Source of the DNA: a virus
Taxonomy: Duplodnaviria; Caudoviricetes
DNA length: 64,000 nt
Virus record (IMG/VR): IMGVR_UViG_3300028888_001628
Location: 1-64,000 of that record
Strand: one strand, 5' to 3'
Each line of letters opens with the position of its first letter. Within the stretch, counting starts at the first letter, position 1. The translations under genes were made by a program, and so were the position numbers. The notes below the pieces were generated by a model. That model did no database searches. It was not told where the DNA came from and saw only the letters and a program-made list of their open reading frames with translations. Shown in pieces: positions 10,151-18,975 of the stretch.

Positions 10151-10694
10151 AGTAAATACTATCGATGAATTAAAAGAAATCCCACTTGATGATGGAGTTG
10201 AGATTGATATACGATCTATTAAAGGTAGACCATATTTATCACACTTCATTGATCAAGATGGGGTTCTGTTTGAAGAATGGATAAAATATTATCACCTTAA
10301 AGGTACGCTAGTACTAAATGTAAAAGAAGAGGGGCTAGAAAGCATTTTAATAGACATATTAAATAAATATCAAATAACAAATTATGTATTCTTAGATGAG
10401 CCTTTCTGGTACTTACTGAATGCTTCTAGAAAGCTAAATAACAAAAACTTTGCAATAAGAGTGTCTAAGTTTGAATCGGTTGATACTGCTATCAAATCAA
10501 GGAAGCTTTCTGATTGGGTATGGTACGACTACTTTGATGATTATGTATGTGTAGAAGATATTAAGAAACTCATAAATAATGGCTTTAAAGTTATAATGCC
10601 ATCATGTGAACTTGTAAATTCTAAAACAGATTTTACTAATACACTAGAAAGAAATAACGTTCATTTATGGGCTATTTGTAAAGATAGGAGCTAG
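10134..10694 (+). CDS. GDPD/PI-PLC-like phosphodiesterase
   Basis: HRVN, GVEIDIR, SH, LNVKEEG, RVSKFE. Confidence 0.7.
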   Translation: MIIWHRVNTIDELKEIPLDDGVEIDIRSIKGRPYLSHFIDQDGVLFEEWIKYYHLKGTLVLNVKEEGLESILIDILNKYQITNYVFLDEPFWYLLNASRKLNNKNFAIRVSKFESVDTAIKSRKLSDWVWYDYFDDYVCVEDIKKLINNGFKVIMPSCELVNSKTDFTNTLERNNVHLWAICKDRS

Positions 10695-10698
10695 TTAT

Positions 10699-11583
10699 AT
10701 GAAGTCAGCTGAAGCGGTATTTATGTTACATGGTGATGTTAATAGAAAGTCTACTCTATTAAATATTATAAATGATAATGCTTACATAGTAGTTTGGCCA
10801 GATACTTCTAAAGAAGATGCTGTAAAGAATTTAGTTGGCTATGATCCGGCTAAACATACAATTATTAATATTGGAAATAAAGATAAGCTGTATATTGGAA
10901 GAAATAACATTATAGATTATTGTAAAGAGCATGGTATTAAACGATTTTGGATGGTTGATGATGACGTTTTTGATTTTAGATTAGGTGGCCCATCACAAGA
11001 ATTTAAAGAAAAAGTACGTCAGAATGGTAAAACCACTTTGATGAATGTAGAGTTTGATGATGATGTAGGTTTGGGCGGGATGACAATGCGCGGTGTAATG
11101 TTCAACAAAGCTGTTGATAAACCGCAATTCGGTAAGAGATTTATATGGGCTGTAGTATTTATCGATTTAGATTATAATAATATACGTTATTCTGTTGAGG
11201 GATATGACGATATCGATATGCAGCTAGAATGTGTTAAAAATGGGATTAAAATTCAGACTGTAAATTGGTTAGGTCACGCAAAGCCACAGTGGACAGTTAA
11301 GAAATCACTCAACTCACAATTAGATAAAATAAACTATAATAACTATATCATTTATAAAAAGTGGGGTGATACAGTTAAGATTGATGTTTATTATGATAAA
11401 AATAAGACTAAATACTTTAGAGTGCATACAAAGTACCCATACAATATAAAAAGCACAGATACTACAATATTTGCGACAGACACACTTGAATCATTTGTTA
11501 AATCATTAGAAGATGCTTTTAATAGTCATCCAGAGTCTTTTCACGTGTGTGGCTTACCTCATTTAAAAAAGAAAGATACTTAG
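10699..11583 (+). CDS. GT-A glycosyltransferase of the TET/JBP-associated (GREB1-like) / T-even second glucosyltransferase type
   Basis: GRNNIIDY...FWMVDDD and DDIDMQL motifs. Confidence 0.65.
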   Translation: MKSAEAVFMLHGDVNRKSTLLNIINDNAYIVVWPDTSKEDAVKNLVGYDPAKHTIINIGNKDKLYIGRNNIIDYCKEHGIKRFWMVDDDVFDFRLGGPSQEFKEKVRQNGKTTLMNVEFDDDVGLGGMTMRGVMFNKAVDKPQFGKRFIWAVVFIDLDYNNIRYSVEGYDDIDMQLECVKNGIKIQTVNWLGHAKPQWTVKKSLNSQLDKINYNNYIIYKKWGDTVKIDVYYDKNKTKYFRVHTKYPYNIKSTDTTIFATDTLESFVKSLEDAFNSHPESFHVCGLPHLKKKDT

Positions 11584-11677
11584 TGTTTAATAAATTTAAT
11601 TATGATAAAAGCTATTACAATTATACTAATATTATTTGTAGCTTTACTGATAATTATTCTAAGTGGTTGAGGTTATT

Positions 11678-11956
11678 ATGAACAAATTATTTATTCTGAT
11701 TGCAGTATTGTTTGCACTTTTATTTGCAGTTAGTGCTAACGCGCAGCCAGTTGTATATTACCCGTATGACGTTTACGATTATATCTGCTATAAAGTAGCA
11801 CTTCCATACCCGCATACTAAATGTGAATATCGTAGAATTTATGATTACAGATATATTCCACCTCGTCATCATGTAAGACCATTACCTCCTCCGCCTCATA
11901 GGCATAGACATGGTCATCACCCACCGCCTCCGCCTAATAGAGGACATCATCGATAA
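11678..11956 (+). CDS. Small exported Pro/His/Arg-rich protein
   Basis: Signal peptide ending ANA; PPPPH repeats; GAGG before ATG 11678. Confidence 0.65.
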   Translation: MNKLFILIAVLFALLFAVSANAQPVVYYPYDVYDYICYKVALPYPHTKCEYRRIYDYRYIPPRHHVRPLPPPPHRHRHGHHPPPPPNRGHHR

Positions 11957-11960
11957 ATTT

Positions 11961-12054
11961 AAAGCCTATAGAAATTTCTATAGGCTTTTTCTATAATGTA
12001 TAGAGTTTTATAGATAAAATAAAAACCCATGAGGATTTGTTCTCATGGGTTTTT
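11961..12054. terminator. Two hairpins between convergent genes
   Basis: AAAGCCTATAGAA/TTCTATAGGCTTT and AAAAACCCATGAG/CTCATGGGTTTTT. Confidence 0.75.
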
Positions 12055-12066
12055 ATTAGCATTTAA

Positions 12067-13323
12067 TTAAAAAATTAGTGATCTTAAAAAGCTTTCTTTA
12101 AGTATTTCACATCCCTCTGGATTTTTCTCTGGGCGCCATTGCTCGATCACAGAGTGTGTTAATCGCAAACTTCTTGCTGAAACATTTTGTCCTTTAACAG
12201 TAGCAACCTTTCCATAATAATCAGGGTTAAGTTTTACAGATCCGTCATCAGCTATAATAGTAGCATCTTCTTTAATATAATCAGACACATTAGAGCAAGT
12301 TGCGATAGGATGTGTTACGATTGTACCGTCATCTTTTTCCATCTTAATAGAGAATACAAAACCAACAACCATATTAGCATTACGTGTATCATCATTACCA
12401 ACTACATAGTCAGTAACAAATGCGTCAATATCACTCGCAATGGAATCAGTTGTAGATCTTTTTACTTTTACACAATCAATAGTTCTTGAAGAAGTTGCAT
12501 GATAAACAGCATTTTTATTTTTAAGAACAATACCCTCACCATTGTTTGAGACAATACGATCATAAAAATCATGTTTTGCTTCTGGGTATTTATCTGTGTT
12601 TTCTACAACTGGGTTAATGTCACAACAGAATCCGCTTTTATTTAACATATTCGAAAGTTTTTTTGCATGATTGTGACGTACAGTCCATACTGAATCAATA
12701 AGTCTATCTTTATCATGCAGACAGTCAAACACGATAAATTTAAGTGGTGATCTCTTTTGTACTTCAATAGAATCAGCCGGGTTTAATGCTAATATTGCAG
12801 TTGTCGATTGCAGTTGTGTAAGACACCTAACGTTTGTTTCAGCTTCAGGGTCTGTACTAATAACTTCACAATCTAAAACGAAATTATATGCATAGTCAAA
12901 ATCTTTTGCAGTAACTAACACAGTGTCTGTATAATCCTGTGGAAGATAATCCTCAACTGAATTATTTCTACTATAGAAATGAAACTTTTTCTCTGAAGCA
13001 TCCCATACAATAAGCATCCTACAACCGTCGATCTTTTCTTCGGCAATCCAATCTTTTGAATCCCATACAAGCTTCTGTTGCTCTGGTTTAAGATCTTTAA
13101 TTCGTCTACATAATTGAGGTGTCTCTATTGATAGCATGAACTTTAAAGGCCATGGGATATTCTCAATAGACCCAAACTTTTCTTTAATAAAGTAATTACG
13201 AAGTGCAATTACGTAATCATCTTTCATTAGCTTTCGCCCAGCTGGTGTAACGGTGATACCTAATGAGTTACATTGATTCTGTAAATAATCAATTCTACGA
13301 CCACAAGAAATTGACATTAGCAA
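12067..13323 (-). CDS. ATP-dependent DNA ligase
   Basis: EEKIDGCR, LDCE, FD, EGIVLK, KVK, C-terminal OB domain. Confidence 0.92.
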   Translation of the reverse strand: MLMSISCGRRIDYLQNQCNSLGITVTPAGRKLMKDDYVIALRNYFIKEKFGSIENIPWPLKFMLSIETPQLCRRIKDLKPEQQKLVWDSKDWIAEEKIDGCRMLIVWDASEKKFHFYSRNNSVEDYLPQDYTDTVLVTAKDFDYAYNFVLDCEVISTDPEAETNVRCLTQLQSTTAILALNPADSIEVQKRSPLKFIVFDCLHDKDRLIDSVWTVRHNHAKKLSNMLNKSGFCCDINPVVENTDKYPEAKHDFYDRIVSNNGEGIVLKNKNAVYHATSSRTIDCVKVKRSTTDSIASDIDAFVTDYVVGNDDTRNANMVVGFVFSIKMEKDDGTIVTHPIATCSNVSDYIKEDATIIADDGSVKLNPDYYGKVATVKGQNVSARSLRLTHSVIEQWRPEKNPEGCEILKESFLRSLIF

Positions 13324-13355
13324 GCTCCTTATTTGTTATAACAAAAATAATTATT

Positions 13356-13688
13356 TTATATACACCAACCACCATCAGGCGTATACTTTAAATAGAGTTT
13401 ATGAAACAAATTTTTAATATCAGAGCGTGAAAATCTTCTTGTATATGCACATACACAATTTAATAATTGCTCTTCCTCAAATCTACATGAAGCCGCATTA
13501 TAGCTAGAGCCAGCTAGGTCAGCATATTTATTGTATATTGAATATAGCTTAGGCTTTACCACATCTGATAAGTTTTCTAAAGCTGTACATTTATTAACTA
13601 AATATGGAAATTCTAAATTAGTATCAGTTATTGTTTGTGCAGTAATTCGTATATTACGATCTGTAATTGATTCTTCGACTGAGTGCAT
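13356..13688 (-). CDS. Hypothetical protein
   Basis: Part of tightly packed minus-strand operon. Confidence 0.6.
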   Translation of the reverse strand: MHSVEESITDRNIRITAQTITDTNLEFPYLVNKCTALENLSDVVKPKLYSIYNKYADLAGSSYNAASCRFEEEQLLNCVCAYTRRFSRSDIKNLFHKLYLKYTPDGGWCI

Positions 13689-13715
13689 ATTTACATCCCA
13701 TATTAAAGTTATAAT

Positions 13716-13943
13716 TTAATTATTATAATTTCTAGAGTCATAGATACATTTACCGCCTTTTTCTATAATTTTGTAATAATCAGTTATTTCGCTATTACAA
13801 GTAAAGTTCGCTCTAGAAATATCTTTGCAAATTTCTAAATCATCGAAATCGTCATTTATAATACGACCATCCTTTAATTGGAACACTGTTCGATAATTCT
13901 TACTCAAGAAAATATTCATAAGTAACTCCATAGTATATGACAT
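13716..13943 (-). CDS. Hypothetical protein
   Basis: Operon packing. Confidence 0.55.
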   Translation of the reverse strand: MSYTMELLMNIFLSKNYRTVFQLKDGRIINDDFDDLEICKDISRANFTCNSEITDYYKIIEKGGKCIYDSRNYNN

Positions 13944-13951
13944 ATACCACT

Positions 13952-14140
13952 TTAGTTGTCATGTTTAGCCTCAACTATCCTTGTTTCAACTCTCTTATTA
14001 GAGTCATTCAACCACAAGAGGAAGTTTGCCCAAACGCGACCTCTAAAAGCACTAAACCAGGCGCCAATGTATGTACTATGAATAGTGTATTGGCGCCATT
14101 TATCCGTCTTTTGTGATCTAAGTTCAATCTGATATTTCAT
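13952..14140 (-). CDS. Hypothetical protein
   Basis: Likely start MKYQIELR; operon packing. Confidence 0.55.
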   Translation of the reverse strand: MKYQIELRSQKTDKWRQYTIHSTYIGAWFSAFRGRVWANFLLWLNDSNKRVETRIVEAKHDN

Positions 14141-14150
14141 TGTGCCAAAA

Positions 14151-14351
14151 TTAAAAGTGCATAATAGTATTACTAAACCATTCACCATCAACAAGCGTAA
14201 GCTTATCTACATGGCCACAATAATACATACTAGGCAGTGAATGAGTATAGCGAACAACCTCTTTAATAGAGGTAAATTCAATTTCATAATCAATGGAATC
14301 CTCTTTATGATTATGATCATTTACGTAAACAATATATCGAGTGTTGCTCAT
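14151..14351 (-). CDS. Hypothetical early protein
   Basis: AGGAG RBS, promoter and leader upstream. Confidence 0.65.
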   Translation of the reverse strand: MSNTRYIVYVNDHNHKEDSIDYEIEFTSIKEVVRYTHSLPSMYYCGHVDKLTLVDGEWFSNTIMHF

Positions 14352-14371
14352 ATTAGAATCTCCTGCTCAAT

Positions 14372-14436
14372 AATTGGAATGGCCCATTCCATCCAATTTA
14401 TGAATTACTTATAAACTTATCCATCATAAATGTAAA
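14372..14436 (-). promoter_or_regulatory. Promoter plus conserved leader hairpin (leftward copy)
   Basis: Minus strand TTTACA-17-TATAAG, TCATAAA, stem with AATGGG loop. Confidence 0.75.
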
Positions 14437-14466
14437 TAGAAAAGTTAACAAAGTTTGTGATTTTTA

Positions 14467-14514
14467 TGTATCATGATTGTATCACATCTGTATAATTTGT
14501 ATCATTCAGTATAA
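14467..14514. repeat. Phased TGTAT(C/A)A direct repeats between divergent promoters
   Basis: Copies at 14467, 14478, 14489, 14498 and AGTATAA at 14508. Confidence 0.55.
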
Positions 14515-14567
14515 GAATTTATGACATAGTTTGTTACACAAAAATTTCACATACTTTAAAATTTTTG

Positions 14568-14630
14568 TTTACAAGTACGCATAATTTTGTTATAAGTAAT
14601 TCATAAATTAAATGAGATGGGCTCATTTAA
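14568..14630 (+). promoter_or_regulatory. Promoter plus conserved leader hairpin
   Basis: TTTACA-17-TATAAG, TCATAAA, TTAAATGAG-ATGGG-CTCATTTAA. Confidence 0.8.
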
Positions 14631-14650
14631 TAAATATATAGGAGTTAGGT

Positions 14651-14983
14651 ATGGTAAAATTTACAGTGGCAAGCCCATTACGTAAAAAGTTAAATTCATT
14701 CACTGATTTAGGAGCACTGCTCAGCTATTATGCTGGGCACAACCCTCGTAAGTTCCTTAGTGAGGATGAATTTTTTGCACCATTAGCAAACACAAGTGAT
14801 ACACTGTACACAATGGCTAATGAAAATAATATGAGTGAAAGTGATATGCGTTTATGGGTATGGGGTCACCTTGATAAGAATGTTAAATGTTCCATTATAA
14901 CTAATGAAGGCCCATCTGGTTGGCCAATCGTTAGTGTTAGATGCTGTGATAAAACATTTACATTTGATTGGGCTGACAAATAA
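14651..14983 (+). CDS. Hypothetical early protein
   Basis: Promoter, GGAG RBS, downstream terminator; GPSGWP motif. Confidence 0.7.
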   Translation: MVKFTVASPLRKKLNSFTDLGALLSYYAGHNPRKFLSEDEFFAPLANTSDTLYTMANENNMSESDMRLWVWGHLDKNVKCSIITNEGPSGWPIVSVRCCDKTFTFDWADK

Positions 14984-15050
14984 TTAAAATGGGTGGTAAT
15001 GCCGCCCATTTATTGTGCCTAAAATTTTGCACTTTAGCTTAAAATTTTTG

Positions 15051-15116
15051 TTTACAAGTATTTAAATCTGTATTATAATACATTCATAAATTAAATGGAA
15101 AATGGGTTCCATTTAA
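15051..15116 (+). promoter_or_regulatory. Promoter plus conserved leader hairpin
   Basis: TTTACA-17-TATAAT, TCATAAA, TTAAATGGAA-AATGGG-TTCCATTTAA. Confidence 0.85.
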
Positions 15117-15135
15117 ACTCAAAAGAGGTAAACAT

Positions 15136-15789
15136 ATGCAAGAAAGTAATGAACAAACAAAAGTAACCTGTCTTGAACAAGGTGTTACCTATCACAATGA
15201 AAAGCAACAATGTTCAAAAATGATGAACGCGGTTGCTAAACAATGTTCACAAGAAACTAATATTGATAAAAAGATAATAATGAAAGTTAAAGACTATCTT
15301 CATTATAGAGGTCGAGGATGGGGTGATGATTGTTTATTAAAATCAGAAGAACACGAAGAGTACCCAGATCGTGTGTCACCTACTTTTCGCAATCTTGTAG
15401 AGATAATCAAAAATTCTTATGAAACAGGTAAAGAGGATTTACTTAATGTTTATCTTGAGGCGGTAAAAGAACGTGGTATAACAATAAGCATTGACACTTC
15501 TAAATTTGAACTTCCAAATGATGATACAAAACATAAAGTTGCACTTGCAATAAATCAAATGGATCCTCTGCAATGTGTTATTTGTGAAAAGAATGACTAT
15601 ATGAATGATGTACTTGCTGAAGAAGCAGAAAACATAAATCTTTCACCTAAGAACAAATACAAGAAGATAGTTCAGTTAGCCGCAGCAAAACAAGCAGGTA
15701 AAGATATTGATGATAAGATGCAAGATGAGTACCTTGACATTGAAATGTTCACAAATGGCCTTGAGACAGTGAATAACAATATTCATTAG
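15136..15789 (+). CDS. Hypothetical protein, possibly tandem T4 DsbA/GapR-like DNA-binding domains
   Basis: Two similar helical segments (MNAVAKQCSQETNIDKK; MNDVLAEEAENINLSPKNK); function weakly supported. Confidence 0.45.
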   Translation: MQESNEQTKVTCLEQGVTYHNEKQQCSKMMNAVAKQCSQETNIDKKIIMKVKDYLHYRGRGWGDDCLLKSEEHEEYPDRVSPTFRNLVEIIKNSYETGKEDLLNVYLEAVKERGITISIDTSKFELPNDDTKHKVALAINQMDPLQCVICEKNDYMNDVLAEEAENINLSPKNKYKKIVQLAAAKQAGKDIDDKMQDEYLDIEMFTNGLETVNNNIH

Positions 15790-15841
15790 TTCTACAGTAA
15801 TTCACTGAGTTGATAAAATAACACGCTCAGTGAATTTTTTG

Positions 15842-15907
15842 TTTACAAGTATTTAAATATGTATTATAAATAATTCATAAATTAAATGGAAAATGGATTC
15901 CATTTAA
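15842..15907 (+). promoter_or_regulatory. Promoter plus conserved leader hairpin
   Basis: TTTACA-17-TATAAA, TCATAAA, stem with AATGGA loop. Confidence 0.85.
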
Positions 15908-15926
15908 TAACATAGGAGATTTAAAA

Positions 15927-16043
15927 ATGACAAAGGAAGATATTCAAGGTTTCGCTCTTATACCAGTTGCTTTTATGGGATGTGTTTATCATGAAGAACT
16001 TGCTTCTTTTGTCGGTACAATTCTTCACATGATCTTAGGGTGA
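15927..16043 (+). CDS. 38-aa hydrophobic small protein (absent from ORF track)
   Basis: AGGAG RBS; MTKEDIQGFALIPVAFMGCVYHEELASFVGTILHMILG; first ORF after promoter. Confidence 0.7.
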   Translation: MTKEDIQGFALIPVAFMGCVYHEELASFVGTILHMILG

Positions 16044-16051
16044 GGTAAATT

Positions 16052-16243
16052 ATGTTTAGGTTATTTTATTTCACAAGTAACACTGCATCAGATCTTGTTT
16101 ATTCAAGCAACGATCTTGCACCCTGTTTAGAGTTTATAAAGACACATTCTCTTGTATGTCAACAATGTTTAATTGTTTCTCCAAATAACAGAAGAATAAC
16201 CTTTAACGAATATAACCAATTAGTCTTTGGAAACGCAGCTTAA
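16052..16243 (+). CDS. Hypothetical protein
   Basis: GAGGT RBS. Confidence 0.65.
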   Translation: MFRLFYFTSNTASDLVYSSNDLAPCLEFIKTHSLVCQQCLIVSPNNRRITFNEYNQLVFGNAA

Positions 16244-16253
16244 AAGTATTATT

Positions 16254-16628
16254 ATGAACAAAGTCGTATACAATAACAATTACGGTGGATTTTCAATTTC
16301 ATTAAAAGCTGTTGAGTGGCTTGAAGCAAATTGTAAAGATAATGAACTTCGTGATTTTATTAAATCACTACGTTCAGCTGGCAAAGAATATTCGTTTTCA
16401 TCAAAAGATGAATGTCTTTGTTATGATGTATCTGGTTGGTTTGAGGATAAACGGCACCATAAAGATTTAGTTGCTGTGGTTGAAGCTTTGGGTGATGAAG
16501 CAAACGGTTCATGTGCTCAACTAAATATTAGAAAGATCTGTGGTAATCAGTATCGTATTGAAGAATACGATGGCGCAGAAGATGTTATTACACCTAAAGA
16601 TGACAACGAATGGATTGTTATTAATTAA
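16254..16628 (+). CDS. Conserved phage hypothetical protein
   Basis: KVVYN..YGGFSIS, RHHKDLVAVVE, IEEYDGAE. Confidence 0.75.
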   Translation: MNKVVYNNNYGGFSISLKAVEWLEANCKDNELRDFIKSLRSAGKEYSFSSKDECLCYDVSGWFEDKRHHKDLVAVVEALGDEANGSCAQLNIRKICGNQYRIEEYDGAEDVITPKDDNEWIVIN

Positions 16629-16653
16629 TAATTTACATAGATGGAGATTTACT

Positions 16654-17079
16654 ATGAATGACACAAAGAAAGAACCTATTAATCTTCGTGCACTTGATGA
16701 TGTTTCATGTGCTAATGTAGTTACATCTAGACAGATAAGAAAGCTTATTAGAAAATTTCCTAATATGGAATACATGAATATTGACTGCTGGGTTCACGGT
16801 GGGCACTATATTAAATTTAAATCAGGTGATAATAGATTTGCTTGGTACTGTGACACTAAAGAATCTCACTTTGAAGGTTGTGAGAAGATTAAATCAGACG
16901 ATGAAGATCTTACTACTGAAGAATTAAATAAACTTGTTGTATGCACATATAGATCCATGTGTGATCAGCAAAATGGTGTAGATGTTTCAGATACACCTGA
17001 AGATATTTTAGCTTTTGCTGAATCTAGACTTCAAGAACTTTTGAGAGAAGAGAGTGTTCAATCTCTAGAAAATAATTAA
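16654..17079 (+). CDS. Hypothetical protein
   Basis: GGAG RBS before MNDTKK. Confidence 0.65.
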   Translation: MNDTKKEPINLRALDDVSCANVVTSRQIRKLIRKFPNMEYMNIDCWVHGGHYIKFKSGDNRFAWYCDTKESHFEGCEKIKSDDEDLTTEELNKLVVCTYRSMCDQQNGVDVSDTPEDILAFAESRLQELLREESVQSLENN

Positions 17080-17087
17080 ACTTTTTA

Positions 17088-17155
17088 TTTATAGAACTCT
17101 ACTTCTGTATTATAACGCTCTCATAAAATAAATGGAATAATGTAATTCCCTTTAA
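17088..17155 (+). promoter_or_regulatory. Degenerate copy of promoter plus leader element
   Basis: TTTATA-17-TATAAC, TCATAAA, GGAAT-AATGTA-ATTCC. Confidence 0.55.
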
Positions 17156-17172
17156 CATAATAAGGTGATTAT

Positions 17173-17610
17173 ATGAAATGGCATAAAGGAACTGACTTAC
17201 CAAACATTGAGACTGATACACAATTATGTGTAGTTCAGTATAAATATCCAATCCCTGATTATAGAACTGTTGATGATTGGTTGTTTGAAACACATTATGA
17301 AGTTATGCTGTTTCATAAAGATACACAATCATTCTCAAAGCCTGAAGATACAAAAGGTGTTAATGGTTTACGAAAAGAACTTGTAGTACGTTGGGCTTAT
17401 ATAGAAGAAGATGATGACGTTTATCAAGAGCAAGATGCTTTGACAGCAATATATGCTGCAATTACTCATGTTAGAGAGTTATTTGATTGCTTACTTACAG
17501 ATGGTATTTGCTGTGGAAAAGAATATCGCGATCTTGTAGGATTAAATGAACTTGACACATTGCAGGAAAAAGTCTCAAAAAGAATTTTGCACCTTGACAA
17601 TTTGGTATAA
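17173..17610 (+). CDS. Hypothetical protein (DUF551-like N-terminus)
   Basis: MKWH...LP...VVRWAYI pattern. Confidence 0.6.
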   Translation: MKWHKGTDLPNIETDTQLCVVQYKYPIPDYRTVDDWLFETHYEVMLFHKDTQSFSKPEDTKGVNGLRKELVVRWAYIEEDDDVYQEQDALTAIYAAITHVRELFDCLLTDGICCGKEYRDLVGLNELDTLQEKVSKRILHLDNLV

Positions 17611-17613
17611 GTT

Positions 17614-17892
17614 ATGAAAACATCTGGGTATCTCATTGTAGTTACTGCTCATTATAGAGATGATTCGTCTCTTGATCTTGAGACACGTGAGTGTAAAGAT
17701 AAAGCTGATGTTACTGGTAAGCTTGCTATATGTAAACTAGAATATGAATCAGCTTTATCAAAAGAATTATTTAAAGATGATTTTATTGAAATAAGCATTA
17801 GAGCGTTCGAACTTAATACATACTTTATTCCAAAACTTGTTTCGTCTTTCAGTTTAGAGGGCGGTGCGTGGGGTGGTTGGTCAATCATTTAA
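17614..17892 (+). CDS. Hypothetical protein
   Basis: Operon packing. Confidence 0.6.
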   Translation: MKTSGYLIVVTAHYRDDSSLDLETRECKDKADVTGKLAICKLEYESALSKELFKDDFIEISIRAFELNTYFIPKLVSSFSLEGGAWGGWSII

Positions 17893-18025
17893 TTTGGAGT
17901 ATATAGTAATATAAATTAATATTCCTTAAGAAATAATAACTACAATAGCGGATCAAATTAACAAAGATCCGCTATGTTTGTATATAATCTATATTTAAAC
18001 TACTTAATCACAAGGTACTATAATT

Positions 18026-18415
18026 ATGAAGTCAAGCTATTACGAATTAGACAATGGAAAACAGATCGTCTACTATATTTACAAATACAATCTAAATTTC
18101 TCTTATGGAAATGCAGCAAAATATCTGTGTCGTGCAGGACGAAAACAAAACAATTCAGCAGAGAGTGACTTAAACAAAGCACTTGTTTATATTATTTCAT
18201 CTGACAAAGAAATTCCTCTCGCTAAACGCCTTCTCATGCGAGCTATTAACACTATTAAGTTTAATGATAAAGTACAGTTTGCTGAACACCATTTACAAGA
18301 GATTCTTTGCTCTATTATAAAATATGATGATCCAATAAAAATTGCAAGAATGATAGTGTCTTATATGAAGTTTAGAGGGATCAACGTCAGTGATGAGTTT
18401 AAACTATTTGAGTAG
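18026..18415 (+). CDS. DUF3310-like protein
   Basis: FSYGNAAKYLCRAGRK...DLNKALVYI. Confidence 0.75.
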   Translation: MKSSYYELDNGKQIVYYIYKYNLNFSYGNAAKYLCRAGRKQNNSAESDLNKALVYIISSDKEIPLAKRLLMRAINTIKFNDKVQFAEHHLQEILCSIIKYDDPIKIARMIVSYMKFRGINVSDEFKLFE

Positions 18416-18423
18416 AGGTATTT

Positions 18424-18975
18424 ATGTCAGTACAGCCACGTGTGTTTCCAAAACTATTTATAGGACAGGCTGCTATTTCATTTAAATCATTTCTCAAAAA
18501 GAAGAATTTAGATTATAATATAAATTACATTTCGACAAAAGAAGATTTAGAATCTATTATAGACATTTATAGTGCTTATAAAAACTATACACTTCCAGTT
18601 ATAATAAGTGATATTTCATATCTTGATAGTAGAGGGCAGTCGCTTCTTCTGAAATTTATGGATGACACGAATCTAAATATTATCTTGCTTGCAAGTAGAG
18701 ATAATATATTAGACACTATAATTTCTAGAGTGAAAGAATTCAGAAAGTTCTACGTATTTAATAGAGGTGATAAAGCAGGTTTTATAAATATCGGTAAAGC
18801 ACGAGAAATGTTTAATAATGACATTGGTTCGTTTGATGAAGATACTTCTTATGAGGATAAGTTACTTCAATATAACAAATATAATCCGCTACTATCTTAT
18901 GATGATTTACTTGTAAGATCGTATAATTCTGCTGATCGTAAAAAGTTACTTAATATTATAGAGTACAGTCAATGA
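18424..18975 (+). CDS. Clamp-loader delta-prime-like subunit
   Basis: QSLLLKFMDD...ILDTIISR AAA+ segment without Walker A. Confidence 0.65.
   Translation: MSVQPRVFPKLFIGQAAISFKSFLKKKNLDYNINYISTKEDLESIIDIYSAYKNYTLPVIISDISYLDSRGQSLLLKFMDDTNLNIILLASRDNILDTIISRVKEFRKFYVFNRGDKAGFINIGKAREMFNNDIGSFDEDTSYEDKLLQYNKYNPLLSYDDLLVRSYNSADRKKLLNIIEYSQ

Noticed and set aside
362-11583. Bacterial capsule/LPS locus
   Set aside because: No polymerase, exporter or membrane proteins; embedded with MTase and gp42-like gene in phage context. Virion protein glycosylation is not fully excluded.
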